NCBI GenBank assembly: GCA_050173015.1
Contig: JBFXLE010000019.1
Span: forward strand, 21,730-85,729
Length of the DNA stretch: 64,000 nt
Reading direction: 5' to 3'
Origin: Calditrichaceae bacterium
GTDB lineage: Bacteria; Calditrichota; Calditrichia; Calditrichales; JBFXGD01
Part shown: piece after piece, positions 30,577-40,545 of the stretch
Position numbering within the stretch: the stretch's first letter is position 1
Layout: every line of letters begins with the position of its first letter
Translations under genes and position numbers: made by a program
The notes under the pieces: generated by a model
What the model was told of the DNA's origin: nothing
What the model saw: the letters and a program-made list of their open reading frames with translations, nothing else
Databases searched by the model: none

Positions 30577-31857
30577 TCAATATTTCCGTTTAATTATATC
30601 CATACCACCCATATATTTTCGTAAAACCTCCGGCACAATCACCGTGCTCTCATCGGTTTGATAATTCTCGAGTAATGATACCATCAGTCTCGATGTGGCC
30701 AGACCCGATCCGTTTAATGTGTGGACATATTCCGGTTTGGATCCCGCTTCACGTTTGAAACGTATTTGAGCGCGACGCGCCTGAAAGTCTTCAAAATTAC
30801 TTACACTTGACGCTTCGAGCCATTTATCTTCAGCGGGAGACCAGGTCTCAATATCATAACATTTTGCCGCTGAAAAACTAAGGTCTCCCGTACACAGCAA
30901 CATTACCCGGTAGGGAATCTCCAATAATTCAAGAATTTCGGTTGCTTCGGTCAACAACTGCTCATGAAACCGGTAGGAATCTTCCGGTTTTACAAAATTT
31001 ACCATTTCAACTTTATTAAACTGATGTACCCTTAAAAATCCCCTGGTATCCTTGCCGTATGAACCAGCTTCCCTTCTGAAACACGCTGAATAGGCCGTAT
31101 ATTTAACCGGAAGATCTTCACCGGACAGAACTTCATCCCTGTGTAAATTGGTGACCGGAACTTCCGCGGTGGGGATCAGGAACAAATCATCTTTCTCCAT
31201 GAAATACATATCATCCTCAAGTTTGGGAAGCTGTCCTGTCCCAAACATGCTGTCTCTGTTTGCAAGAAAAGGAGGAAATATTTCCGTATAACCATGCTTT
31301 TCTATATGCAAATCCAACATGAAATTAATCAATGCTCTTTCCAGACGAGCACCCGCGCCTTTATATACCGGGAATCCGCTGCCGGTTACCTTACCCCCGC
31401 GTTTGAAATCCATAATATCGAGATGATCGGCGAGCTCAAGATGATTTAATACCTTGAAATCAAAATTTTGAATCGTACCCCACTTTTTAACCTCGACGTT
31501 ATCTGCCGCGTCTTTTCCCAAAGGAGTTGATTCATGAGGCAGATTCGGAATTCGACTCAGCTCATAGGATATCTTATTTTCCAGATTCGCGAGTTCTTCA
31601 TCAACATTTTTAATGTTCTCAGAAATCTTTTTTGTAGAGTCGATCAATTCTCCGGCATCCTTGCCTTCACGCTTATATTGAGAAACACTTTTAGAATTTT
31701 CATTCCGCTGTTTCTTTAATTCTTCTACCTGGAAGATTATCGAACGTCTCCTTTTGTCCATCTCAAGAAGCTGTTCGACATCCCCAATTTCTCCTTTGGC
31801 GCGGATTCCGGCCTTAACCTTTTCCGCGTCATCCCTGATAAGTTTTATATCCAACAT
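30577..31857 (-). CDS. serS: Serine-tRNA ligase
   Basis: LIPTAEVP, FRREAGS, RVHQFNKVE, HTLNGSGLA. Confidence 0.99.
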   Translation of the reverse strand: MLDIKLIRDDAEKVKAGIRAKGEIGDVEQLLEMDKRRRSIIFQVEELKKQRNENSKSVSQYKREGKDAGELIDSTKKISENIKNVDEELANLENKISYELSRIPNLPHESTPLGKDAADNVEVKKWGTIQNFDFKVLNHLELADHLDIMDFKRGGKVTGSGFPVYKGAGARLERALINFMLDLHIEKHGYTEIFPPFLANRDSMFGTGQLPKLEDDMYFMEKDDLFLIPTAEVPVTNLHRDEVLSGEDLPVKYTAYSACFRREAGSYGKDTRGFLRVHQFNKVEMVNFVKPEDSYRFHEQLLTEATEILELLEIPYRVMLLCTGDLSFSAAKCYDIETWSPAEDKWLEASSVSNFEDFQARRAQIRFKREAGSKPEYVHTLNGSGLATSRLMVSLLENYQTDESTVIVPEVLRKYMGGMDIIKRKY

Positions 31858-31931
31858 TATTTCAGATCCTGTTTTTTCGATGTATTCATTGTTCCCGAAT
31901 AAAACGGTAAATTAAATTTCATGCATTGTTT

Positions 31932-31960
31932 AATTTAACGAATTCTATATTTTAGAGCAA
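31932..31960 (-). promoter_or_regulatory. Candidate sigma70-like promoter for serS
   Basis: Minus strand TTGCTC-N17-TAAATT, about 75 nt upstream of the serS start. Confidence 0.35.
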
Positions 31961-32051
31961 GGTATAATCAGTACCATGTTCACCGGTTATGAGTATTTAT
32001 ATTATGACAAAGTTAAATTCTGATTTAGTACTGGATGGTCCCTTAATCATT

Positions 32052-34133
32052 TTATTTTTTCAAAAAGAGCGTCCTGTAGATAATCTCGGCATCGAGTAAA
32101 AAATTCTGATTTTTGAGATAATGTAATTCAAAGTTATCGGATATTTGATCATCCGTGATCTTGCTTTTATTTATTTGAATAATCCCCGTCAAACCGGGTT
32201 TATAGTCAAACTGCTGATCCCGATTTTCATCCTTCTCCAACGGCGCTCCAACCAGCGACAATTTTCCGGAGAATACATTTATCAGATTGAGAATAAATCG
32301 AAAAAACCCTTTTTTGGGATACCATAAAATTGTTTTGATATTATTCCGGCCCTGATGAACAGGTTTTCTGCTAATTTTTCCAATTTTAAACGGTAATAAC
32401 AGCAAAGTGACAGGTAAAAGGGCTGTCAGGATTATAAAGGAAGAAAAGATATCGGTAGATCTTTTTACAAACCGGTTAAAAAGTTTGCCATAAGCATATT
32501 CGATATCCACCAGCGGCATGTTATCAAGACGTTCTATATTTGATTTACCCACCATAAATTCCAGATGTCCGGGCACCATCTTAAACTCGATATGGGAATT
32601 TTCAACATTTGCCATCGCGGTTAAAATAGATTTATATGAAATATTATGAGTTGAGAATATGACAAGGTTTATTTTGTTAAGCCTTAAAAATTCGGGCAAT
32701 TGTTGTATGGAGCTTAAAACCGGGAATCCAGCGATTTTTTTACCAATATCTTTTTGATCGGGAGAAATCAAGCCGACAATTTCGATTGAAGAATCGACGC
32801 GTTTATTTAATTTTAAAAGCAGGTTTTGTGTCTCATCATCCAATCCCACAATCAGCGCCCGTTTCGCAAACAAATCTTTTCGAAGGACTTCCGAATATTT
32901 TCTGCCGTAATACCTCAGGCCGATTCTCCAGATAAGCATCAGCGATGTGCCGGCAAATGCCGTAAACAGTACCACTAATCGTGAAAAGGCGAACTGTTTG
33001 AAGAAAAACGTCAACGCGGAGACAAACGTGTACGTGAGCAGGTTAGCCTTAAACACCTTAAGCAGAGAATATCTGTCTCTGTCGATGCTGTCGAAGAACA
33101 AGGATGAGAAAAAGTAAGAAGCCGATGTTATTAAGTTAATAATGATATAGTCACTGAAAAAATCATGCAGCGAGAAATCCCCTTTCATTTCATAACGGAG
33201 ATAAAAACTTAAAAACAACGTTCCGTTCATTATCAGCAAATCCAACAGGAAAGGATAAAAGGTAGTGAAAAAATTTCTGATGAAGATCATCAATCCCCTT
33301 AATATGACCCCGAGAAGTATCAACCACTTAAAGGGATATATATATTTTTGCTGATAGTGCTTTTTATAAAAAAAATACAGAGACTTGTTAAATGTAACCA
33401 CATAATCCAGATCGTTTTTCTTTGTACTCTCCCCTTTGTAGTGTATTAACTGAGATGTAGGAACATAATAAATTTTCCCGCCGGACTGATTGATCCGGTG
33501 GCAATAATCAATGTCCTCGCAATACATAAAAAATCGGTCATCCAGCAGTCCGACGTTCTGAACAACTTCCTTTTTTATCATCATAAATGATCCTGAAATG
33601 GCCTCCACATGGTGAATATTATTTTCATCAAGGTAGGTCAGGTTATAACGGCCGAATATTTTACTTTTTGGAAAAAGACGATTGAATCCTATCAGTTTCC
33701 AGAATGCCGTCATCGGAGTCGGAATACTGTGGCGGCAATCTATTGAAAAAGTCCCGTCAGGATTCAGAATTTTACACGTGGCGGCAGAGGCGGCGGGATT
33801 TTGTTCAAAGAATTGTATCAGCTTTTTGAATGTGTCTTCCTGAACTACCGTATCCGGATTCAACAAAACGATGTATTCTCCCCGGGCATCTGTAAGCGCC
33901 AGATTATTAGCGGCGGAAAACCCCAGATTTTTATCATTTTCGATGAGTCTTACTTCGGGGAACCGATTCCTGAGCATCTGAGTGGATCCGTCGATGGACG
34001 CGTTGTCGACCACAATTATTTCTGATGCAATATCCTCAAGCGCGCGCTTCACCGAAATCAGCGCCTGCTCTAGAAAATCTCTGACATTGTAATTAACAAT
34101 GATAATACTGATTATTACTTTGGGACGTGACAT
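32052..34133 (-). CDS. GT2 glycosyltransferase fused to a degenerate WcaJ-like module (4 TM, Rossmann-like domain, pseudo-monotopic PGT)
   Basis: N-terminal IIIVNYN, VVDNAS, LLNPD, FFMYCEDID; C-terminal KRSTD...INVFSGKLSLVGAP...KPGLTG lacking the DE dyad. Confidence 0.85.
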   Translation of the reverse strand: MSRPKVIISIIIVNYNVRDFLEQALISVKRALEDIASEIIVVDNASIDGSTQMLRNRFPEVRLIENDKNLGFSAANNLALTDARGEYIVLLNPDTVVQEDTFKKLIQFFEQNPAASAATCKILNPDGTFSIDCRHSIPTPMTAFWKLIGFNRLFPKSKIFGRYNLTYLDENNIHHVEAISGSFMMIKKEVVQNVGLLDDRFFMYCEDIDYCHRINQSGGKIYYVPTSQLIHYKGESTKKNDLDYVVTFNKSLYFFYKKHYQQKYIYPFKWLILLGVILRGLMIFIRNFFTTFYPFLLDLLIMNGTLFLSFYLRYEMKGDFSLHDFFSDYIIINLITSASYFFSSLFFDSIDRDRYSLLKVFKANLLTYTFVSALTFFFKQFAFSRLVVLFTAFAGTSLMLIWRIGLRYYGRKYSEVLRKDLFAKRALIVGLDDETQNLLLKLNKRVDSSIEIVGLISPDQKDIGKKIAGFPVLSSIQQLPEFLRLNKINLVIFSTHNISYKSILTAMANVENSHIEFKMVPGHLEFMVGKSNIERLDNMPLVDIEYAYGKLFNRFVKRSTDIFSSFIILTALLPVTLLLLPFKIGKISRKPVHQGRNNIKTILWYPKKGFFRFILNLINVFSGKLSLVGAPLEKDENRDQQFDYKPGLTGIIQINKSKITDDQISDNFELHYLKNQNFLLDAEIIYRTLFLKK

Positions 34134-34139
34134 GATTTC

Positions 34140-36572
34140 TCATCGGTTAGTTAAAAATATGACTGACGAACGTAATAAAATTCTGAAATCAAAAGTCAGT
34201 GACATATTTTCCAGATAAAACAGATCTTGTTTGAATTGCTCTCTTTTATGCTGCAGTGACTCATCATACCGGAATTTCACTTGCGCCCAACCGGTCATTC
34301 CCGGCCGGATCTGAAAACGCCGGTTATAAAACTTGATTTTTTCCTTTAAATGATCAACTTCCTCCTGCTGTTCGGGACGAGGCCCCACAAAGCTCATTTG
34401 TCCAAGCATCACATTCATAATTTCCGGAACCTTGTACAATCTTGTTTTAAAAAGCAACCTTTGGACAATCGTTTCCTTCTCACCAACATTAAAATTAAGC
34501 TTCCCGAAAAGACGACCATTTCTGCCGACCATATTTTGAATGATCAGAGGCGGATAATTTCCGGATATTAACAGAAGAAAAATTATGAGCAAGGCAACGG
34601 GGCTAAATATCAGCGCTACCGCAGAAGCCAGTATCACATCATAAATTCTTTTTAATATCCATTGCCACAAAAACATGTGCTCAGGAAATAATCGGATCAG
34701 AGGATGTCCGATGACTTCTTCCGTCTTATGACCGGAAACCACATCATATATTTCCGGCACGATTTTGAATACTACATTCATGTTTTCGGCATAAGAAACG
34801 ATATTCAAAACTTCATCCCTGGATCGTTCATTAATGGCGATAATGACTTCTTCTATTTCAAATTTTCTAATGATTTCAGGTATGTCTTTATAGACTCCAA
34901 GCGAATCCAAATCATAAAATATCTTCTCGGATGGATTTTTAGAAATATATCCGACAATATTGTAGAGTAAATGCGGATTTTTTCTAATGTCCTTTAATAT
35001 CTTCTTACCTTTCTCGGAAGTGCCGATCAGCAACGTGTTATGCGGAGCGTATTCAAGCAGCTTATATCTTTTTTCAAAACCAATAATAATCAACCTGCCG
35101 AAATTCACAAAAAAAACAACGCATAAGCCATAAATTAAAATCGCGATTCGTCCTTCGGTAAACAAGTTACTGGGATCCAGGGTCACTAAATACAGGATGA
35201 CGATTCCGAACAGAACCGTCTTGTTGACGCGTTGCACTTTATCGAATCGGGAAACATCCCAGTACATATTATAGAGATTATTTACAAAAAATAACGATAT
35301 CCAGAGTAATGTAATAATCAGCGTAACCGGTGTAAAAATAAATTCATCCAAAGCCACGGGTCTGTTGACTTTAATAATTCCGGATTGAAATCTGACCCAC
35401 CAGGTGACAATCAGCGCGATGTTAACCATAAAAACATCTGATATTCCAATGAATAATCTGTGCTGTATCCGGCGCATTGACAGAGGCGCAATCTGGTGTT
35501 TTGCGCGGATAATTTTTTCATCCCCATAATAAGTCTTACTTTTCTGCGCTTCGAGGTAACCAAGACGTTTAAGGCCCAGGACCGACAATGCGAATGTGAC
35601 CAAAAACATTACGACACTTGCAATGAGAGATTGTGTGGCCACCGTGAACGCCGTTACAGCAGATAAAATAGAAATACCGTAGATGATATAGACGGCCTGA
35701 CGGTGCGTTAAACCCAAAAAAATCAGTCTGTGATGGAGATGATCTTTGTCCGCTTTAAAGGGATGGCGCCCCCCATTTAGTCGCCTGAAAAAGGCCAGGC
35801 TGGTATCGCTTATCGGTACGGCAAGCGCGATGGATGGAATCAACAATGAAATATTGCCCGGCTGACTCTCGAAGCCTCTTATTGAAATTGCCGCCAGAAT
35901 AAATCCTAAGAACAATGAACCCGTATCACCCATAAAAATAGAAGCCGGATGATGATTAAATTTTAAAAATCCAAGCAGACCCGCGATCAATGAAAGAGTC
36001 ACCACAAATGTGGCATAATCAGCTGACTGCCAGGCGATTAAAGCGATAGCGGAAGAGGCGATAATCCCCGCTCCGGCCGCGAGTCCATCAAGCCCGTCCA
36101 GCAGATTAACCGCGTTACTGACACCTATAAACCAGAGGTAAGTAAACGGAACTGCCATAATCCCCAGATGAATTGAGTGTCCCGATGGAAAAACAAGAAT
36201 GTCAATTTTACATCCCAGAAAAATAACTATTGAAGCGGCTATAAACTGCCCGGTAAATTTTTTAGCGGCATTTAAACCCTTGAGATCATCATAAATCCCC
36301 AAAATCACTATAAGAAGAGAACCGGCGAGTATTGCTCCATATCCGGAAATAATCTCAAAAAATAAATTTTCATTCATCCAAAAAAGCAGAAGTATTCCCC
36401 CCGCGAATCCGGTAATGAATCCTATTCCGCCCATATGGGGGATAAAACCAAGATGAACCATCCTTCCGTCCGGATATGTTCCGATGGAATGTTTTGTCGC
36501 CATTTTTTGCGTTAAATAAGTTGCCAGTAACGCAATAGCCAGACCGAAGATGAAAATAATTATAAATGTCAT
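34140..36572 (-). CDS. WecA/TagO-type polyprenyl-phosphate GlcNAc-1-P transferase fused to a degenerate WcaJ-like monotopic PGT module
   Basis: Polytopic PGT motifs GIYDD, NAVNLLDGLDGL, FMGDTGS, DHLHHRL intact; C-terminal KRIYD...RLYKVPEIMNVMLGQMSFVGPRPE...PGMTGWAQV. Confidence 0.88.
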   Translation of the reverse strand: MTFIIIFIFGLAIALLATYLTQKMATKHSIGTYPDGRMVHLGFIPHMGGIGFITGFAGGILLLFWMNENLFFEIISGYGAILAGSLLIVILGIYDDLKGLNAAKKFTGQFIAASIVIFLGCKIDILVFPSGHSIHLGIMAVPFTYLWFIGVSNAVNLLDGLDGLAAGAGIIASSAIALIAWQSADYATFVVTLSLIAGLLGFLKFNHHPASIFMGDTGSLFLGFILAAISIRGFESQPGNISLLIPSIALAVPISDTSLAFFRRLNGGRHPFKADKDHLHHRLIFLGLTHRQAVYIIYGISILSAVTAFTVATQSLIASVVMFLVTFALSVLGLKRLGYLEAQKSKTYYGDEKIIRAKHQIAPLSMRRIQHRLFIGISDVFMVNIALIVTWWVRFQSGIIKVNRPVALDEFIFTPVTLIITLLWISLFFVNNLYNMYWDVSRFDKVQRVNKTVLFGIVILYLVTLDPSNLFTEGRIAILIYGLCVVFFVNFGRLIIIGFEKRYKLLEYAPHNTLLIGTSEKGKKILKDIRKNPHLLYNIVGYISKNPSEKIFYDLDSLGVYKDIPEIIRKFEIEEVIIAINERSRDEVLNIVSYAENMNVVFKIVPEIYDVVSGHKTEEVIGHPLIRLFPEHMFLWQWILKRIYDVILASAVALIFSPVALLIIFLLLISGNYPPLIIQNMVGRNGRLFGKLNFNVGEKETIVQRLLFKTRLYKVPEIMNVMLGQMSFVGPRPEQQEEVDHLKEKIKFYNRRFQIRPGMTGWAQVKFRYDESLQHKREQFKQDLFYLENMSLTFDFRILLRSSVIFLTNR

Positions 36573-36639
36573 AAATTCTTACATATTATAAGACAACACC
36601 TGAAATTACTCATTTTTGACGATTGATGAAACCTATTCC

Positions 36640-38334
36640 CTAATATCGCAATTCAAAACCAAAATGGAATTCATCTAATTTGGTTTTGCTTCCCGCGCTT
36701 TCAATATCAAAATGATCATAGACCAGTGTTAAAAACAAATCATTAAAAACTTCATATTTTAGATAAGCTTCGTATTTTTGTTCGGTGGTTAAATTACCTT
36801 CAAGAAAATCCCGGGTTTCCCTGGGCTGTTCCTGTTCACCCAGCAAATCGTTGTGTCCCAGGAGTATATCGCCGCCAATATTTTCATCATCATAATTATC
36901 GCCATGTTTATATTGCTGAAATTTGAATCCGGTTGTTAAACGCTGATGCCAGTCTTTTGACACATGCGCATAATACACTTCAGAGTTCGGACCGGCCCAA
37001 TGACCAAGAGACTGGTAATCGGTTGTGTAGCTGTTTACGGGATACTTATGCGTGTAAACCCATGGCATGATGGCTGTATATTCTAAACGCAGGGATAGGT
37101 TTTCGATACCAAACGGATCGGTCTGGTGCAAACCGATCAGAAAAGCGTGCTTATTTCCGTACCAGTCTGTGAATAATTTGCTTCGTTTAAACTCATCCAG
37201 AAATAACGCCCCATAGAGTTTGCTCCCCGGTCGCGCGACCCATTCAAAATCGATGGAAATTGTGGCGTTGTCCCGGTCGCGTAAATTATGTTGAGTCGCT
37301 CTGTAGAAATTAAAAGGTACCAGATAGGACCAATCCGCGTAACGATAGCCATAAATAAAATTCTCGTTAATTCCCAGGGTCAAACTTTTCCAGGGAGCAA
37401 ATTCAAGACGATGCGCGGCCAGCCATTTATCAGGATACAGCGGCTCTCCGCTTTTACTGGTGTCCTCAGGAAATGATTGTAATTTCCCATGCAGCGCTAT
37501 GAATTTTCCCCACCCCCAATCTTTCGAAATACTGACGTAAGGATAGTGCTCCGGGTTATTGGAAAGCGTCAGTTTACCCGATTCACCGGGCCCCCATTCA
37601 ATTTCCTGCTGAGCGAAAGTAAAATCAAAATACTTACTATGCCAGGCCAGTTCGCCTCCGGTTCTGTCTGCATACCTGGTTTCATTTTCATGAAGTTTAC
37701 TCCACGCGCCTTTCAGAACGGGATGTTCTTCGACATAGGACTCGTCCCCGCGCAAGGCATAAAGGCTGACTTCCACCGCATAACCGAAATTATCATCGAT
37801 CAAACCGCGTACCTGATATGTCTGCCAGTTGGCGTCCCTGGTCACATCATCCGATCTCTGCTCATATGTAAAATTCTGCTGATAATCAAAATAAAAGTTG
37901 CTTCCTCCGGATTCCCAAAGAAATACGTGATTTTCTTCCTCCGGATGGTTCTGTTTAAAAAACCGGTTAAAGTCGTTCTTGAAATTCCCCCAACCTGAAA
38001 GAACCGAATACCAGTTTTTTCCGTCAGGCATTTCCGAATATTTTTGTGTGCGGTCTATTTCAAATCTGAAATCCAATAAATAATCATCCAGTCTTCGCCT
38101 GTCGATTGAAGTTAATTCATCCCGTTTCTCATTTAACTGCTGCAGCAGATCGGCCGCCCGTCCGCGGCTATACGGCCGAATGCCGTCCAAAAGACGATTT
38201 AAATAGCCCATCGTTTCCATACGATCAAAAAAATCATAAATTGGATGATTAATAGGCACGCTGACCGGATTACCGGCAAAAACCGGGAGATTAATCAGCA
38301 GAAATACCACAATAAATAGCTTCTTCAAATCCAT
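36640..38334 (-). CDS. Capsule assembly Wzi-family outer-membrane protein
   Basis: Signal peptide, N-terminal helical region (VPINHPIYDFFDRMETMG...RPYSR), WGPG.SG.L.LS.N, HRLE, C-terminal FELRY; located in a polysaccharide locus. Confidence 0.72.
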   Translation of the reverse strand: MDLKKLFIVVFLLINLPVFAGNPVSVPINHPIYDFFDRMETMGYLNRLLDGIRPYSRGRAADLLQQLNEKRDELTSIDRRRLDDYLLDFRFEIDRTQKYSEMPDGKNWYSVLSGWGNFKNDFNRFFKQNHPEEENHVFLWESGGSNFYFDYQQNFTYEQRSDDVTRDANWQTYQVRGLIDDNFGYAVEVSLYALRGDESYVEEHPVLKGAWSKLHENETRYADRTGGELAWHSKYFDFTFAQQEIEWGPGESGKLTLSNNPEHYPYVSISKDWGWGKFIALHGKLQSFPEDTSKSGEPLYPDKWLAAHRLEFAPWKSLTLGINENFIYGYRYADWSYLVPFNFYRATQHNLRDRDNATISIDFEWVARPGSKLYGALFLDEFKRSKLFTDWYGNKHAFLIGLHQTDPFGIENLSLRLEYTAIMPWVYTHKYPVNSYTTDYQSLGHWAGPNSEVYYAHVSKDWHQRLTTGFKFQQYKHGDNYDDENIGGDILLGHNDLLGEQEQPRETRDFLEGNLTTEQKYEAYLKYEVFNDLFLTLVYDHFDIESAGSKTKLDEFHFGFELRY

Positions 38335-38379
38335 TCTCCAATAAATATTCCATTCATCATTACCAACTTATTTTCAGCT

Positions 38380-39546
38380 TCACTCAGAGCCTACAAAATT
38401 TTCTTCAAGATCTTTGAACACCTTTTCCCATCTGAAATTTTCTTCAATATATTCCCTGCCTTTTCGCGCTTTTTCCTTCCTTAACCCAACATCATTCATC
38501 AGGGAAAATATTTTGTCTGACAGCTCCTCGGGCGTGTCTCCTATGAGCACCATATCATTATTCAGCCCTTCTGCCCCAATCGAAGTGGTTACCACCGGCG
38601 TACCCAGGGCCATCGCCTCCAGTATCTTGTTCTGAATTCCCGCGCCTACCCTCATCGGCGCGATTAAAACCGCGGAATCAGTGATATAGGGAACCACAGA
38701 TTCAACAAATCCGGTGACAATAATATCTTTGTCGTTGTGTAAATTCCATATTTCAGCCGGAGGTTCATTTCCGACAATATAAAATTTCAGATCTTCATTT
38801 ACTTTTTTCAATTTTGGAAGCACAGATTTTACAAAATAGTTTACCGCGTCTGTATTGGGAAATGTTCTCATATTACCGACAAAACATATCTGATTAGGTT
38901 TGTAAGGTCCGGTGTAAAACTGAAACATATCAAGATCAACGCCGTTTGCCACGATTTTTATCTTGTCTTTATTTTGTTCATTTCTGAGGAAATCCGCGTC
39001 TATTTCTGATATAAATATGGATCTGCTCGATTTTTTTATCACCGATTGTTCATAATGGTAAACGCGCTTAGCTTCCACATAGTTGATGACAGAAAACAAT
39101 CCTTTCCGGAATTTTTTACTGCGTTCATAATTCAAAGATATGGCATCGGTAAAATCAACTACCTTTTTAATACCCTCACTTTCGGGAAGATACTGCGCCA
39201 TTCGGATCAGATGGGAAAATACGACATCATATCCATTTTTGAGCTCGTTTTCCATCTCCCTCCGCATTTTATCCGAATTATAATAATGAATCTGAAGCGG
39301 TTTTGATGAAAACAATCCGAAAAATGTATTTTTATATGAATTCACTTTTGGTAAAGTGACACTGATCAGTTTATCGTAATATTTACGATATTCAGAAATA
39401 TTTTGCAATTCCGTCTCATTTTCTATAAAGGAAATGAGGGTAACTTCATATTTTTGCTTTAGATACTTCAGGAAATTAAAAGTCCGCAATTTATCCCCCC
39501 CGATTGGAGGAAAGGGCAGACGGGATGTTAAAAACAATATTTTCAT
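38380..39546 (-). CDS. Glycosyltransferase family 4
   Basis: MKILFLTSRLPFPPIGGDKLR, GAGIQNKILEAMALGTPVV, GAEG; start moved from 39639 to ATG 39546. Confidence 0.9.
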   Translation of the reverse strand: MKILFLTSRLPFPPIGGDKLRTFNFLKYLKQKYEVTLISFIENETELQNISEYRKYYDKLISVTLPKVNSYKNTFFGLFSSKPLQIHYYNSDKMRREMENELKNGYDVVFSHLIRMAQYLPESEGIKKVVDFTDAISLNYERSKKFRKGLFSVINYVEAKRVYHYEQSVIKKSSRSIFISEIDADFLRNEQNKDKIKIVANGVDLDMFQFYTGPYKPNQICFVGNMRTFPNTDAVNYFVKSVLPKLKKVNEDLKFYIVGNEPPAEIWNLHNDKDIIVTGFVESVVPYITDSAVLIAPMRVGAGIQNKILEAMALGTPVVTTSIGAEGLNNDMVLIGDTPEELSDKIFSLMNDVGLRKEKARKGREYIEENFRWEKVFKDLEENFVGSE

Positions 39547-39601
39547 GGGCCTGTTAGGTTTCCGAATTTCTGGCTGTCTAATCAATTCGTTGTTTTCATA
39601 T

Positions 39602-40528
39602 TTATACCGATGAAGCAAATAATCCATGGAAATAGCCATTCCAAAGATTTTTTATTTTATGCAACCTGTCTTTTTTTAGGCCTCCTGCCCTAAGAACAAC
39701 CGCTGTTTTCCAGATACAATTCACGAAAGTAAATAATACAACATAAATGAAATAGAAAAAAGACCGTTCTCTGAATAACCATAATCGATTTCGCGTGTGA
39801 TAATAAAGATAAAGAGCGGAGTAATCTATGCCCTTTTTTCCACCGCCGCAACCATGGAGAACACTGACACCTGAAATATAAACCATTTTGTACATTTGAT
39901 TGACACGAAAGGCATATTCCAGATCTTCATAATACATGAAGAAGTGTTCTTTCATAAGACCGATATTTTCAACAACCTCTTTCCTAATGAGAAAAATGGC
40001 TCCCGGGACAAAATCAATGATCTTTCTTTCAGTTATTTCATCATCCGATTCACCAATTTTTAAATTCTCACCGGTGCAGATCCATTTATTAAAACGGCCG
40101 CCGGCTGAGTAAATTATTTTTTTGGGCCCGGTAAAAAACACTTTACAAGTGATCACTCCTACCCGCGGGCTGGATTGGAATTCCCGGAGAAACGGGGTCA
40201 ATATATCCTCTGTAAGAATGATATCATTATTTAACACAAGAAAATTTTCAAATCCGTCGGACAGCGCTTTTTGGATGCCAACGTTATTCCCGGCGGCATA
40301 ACCGCGATTCTCTTCGAGTTCATAAAATGAGACACCGCTAAACCTCTTTTTGAGTTTTGACCCGCTCCCATCCGTTGAAGCATTGTCGATTAGGTATATG
40401 GATAGTTGTTCACCGTATATATTCTGAATTGAATTTATACAGGCTTCTGTATCCGCATAACCGTTATAGTTAAGGATAATTGCCGCGACGGATCCGATTT
40501 CCATGTCTTTGAGATTCATACCGGTCAT
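39602..40528 (-). CDS. Glycosyltransferase family 2
   Basis: IILNYN, IDNASTD, NRGYAAGNN, VLNND, FFMYYEDLE. Confidence 0.92.
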   Translation of the reverse strand: MTGMNLKDMEIGSVAAIILNYNGYADTEACINSIQNIYGEQLSIYLIDNASTDGSGSKLKKRFSGVSFYELEENRGYAAGNNVGIQKALSDGFENFLVLNNDIILTEDILTPFLREFQSSPRVGVITCKVFFTGPKKIIYSAGGRFNKWICTGENLKIGESDDEITERKIIDFVPGAIFLIRKEVVENIGLMKEHFFMYYEDLEYAFRVNQMYKMVYISGVSVLHGCGGGKKGIDYSALYLYYHTRNRLWLFRERSFFYFIYVVLFTFVNCIWKTAVVLRAGGLKKDRLHKIKNLWNGYFHGLFASSV

Positions 40529-40545
40529 ATATTAAAAATCCGATC

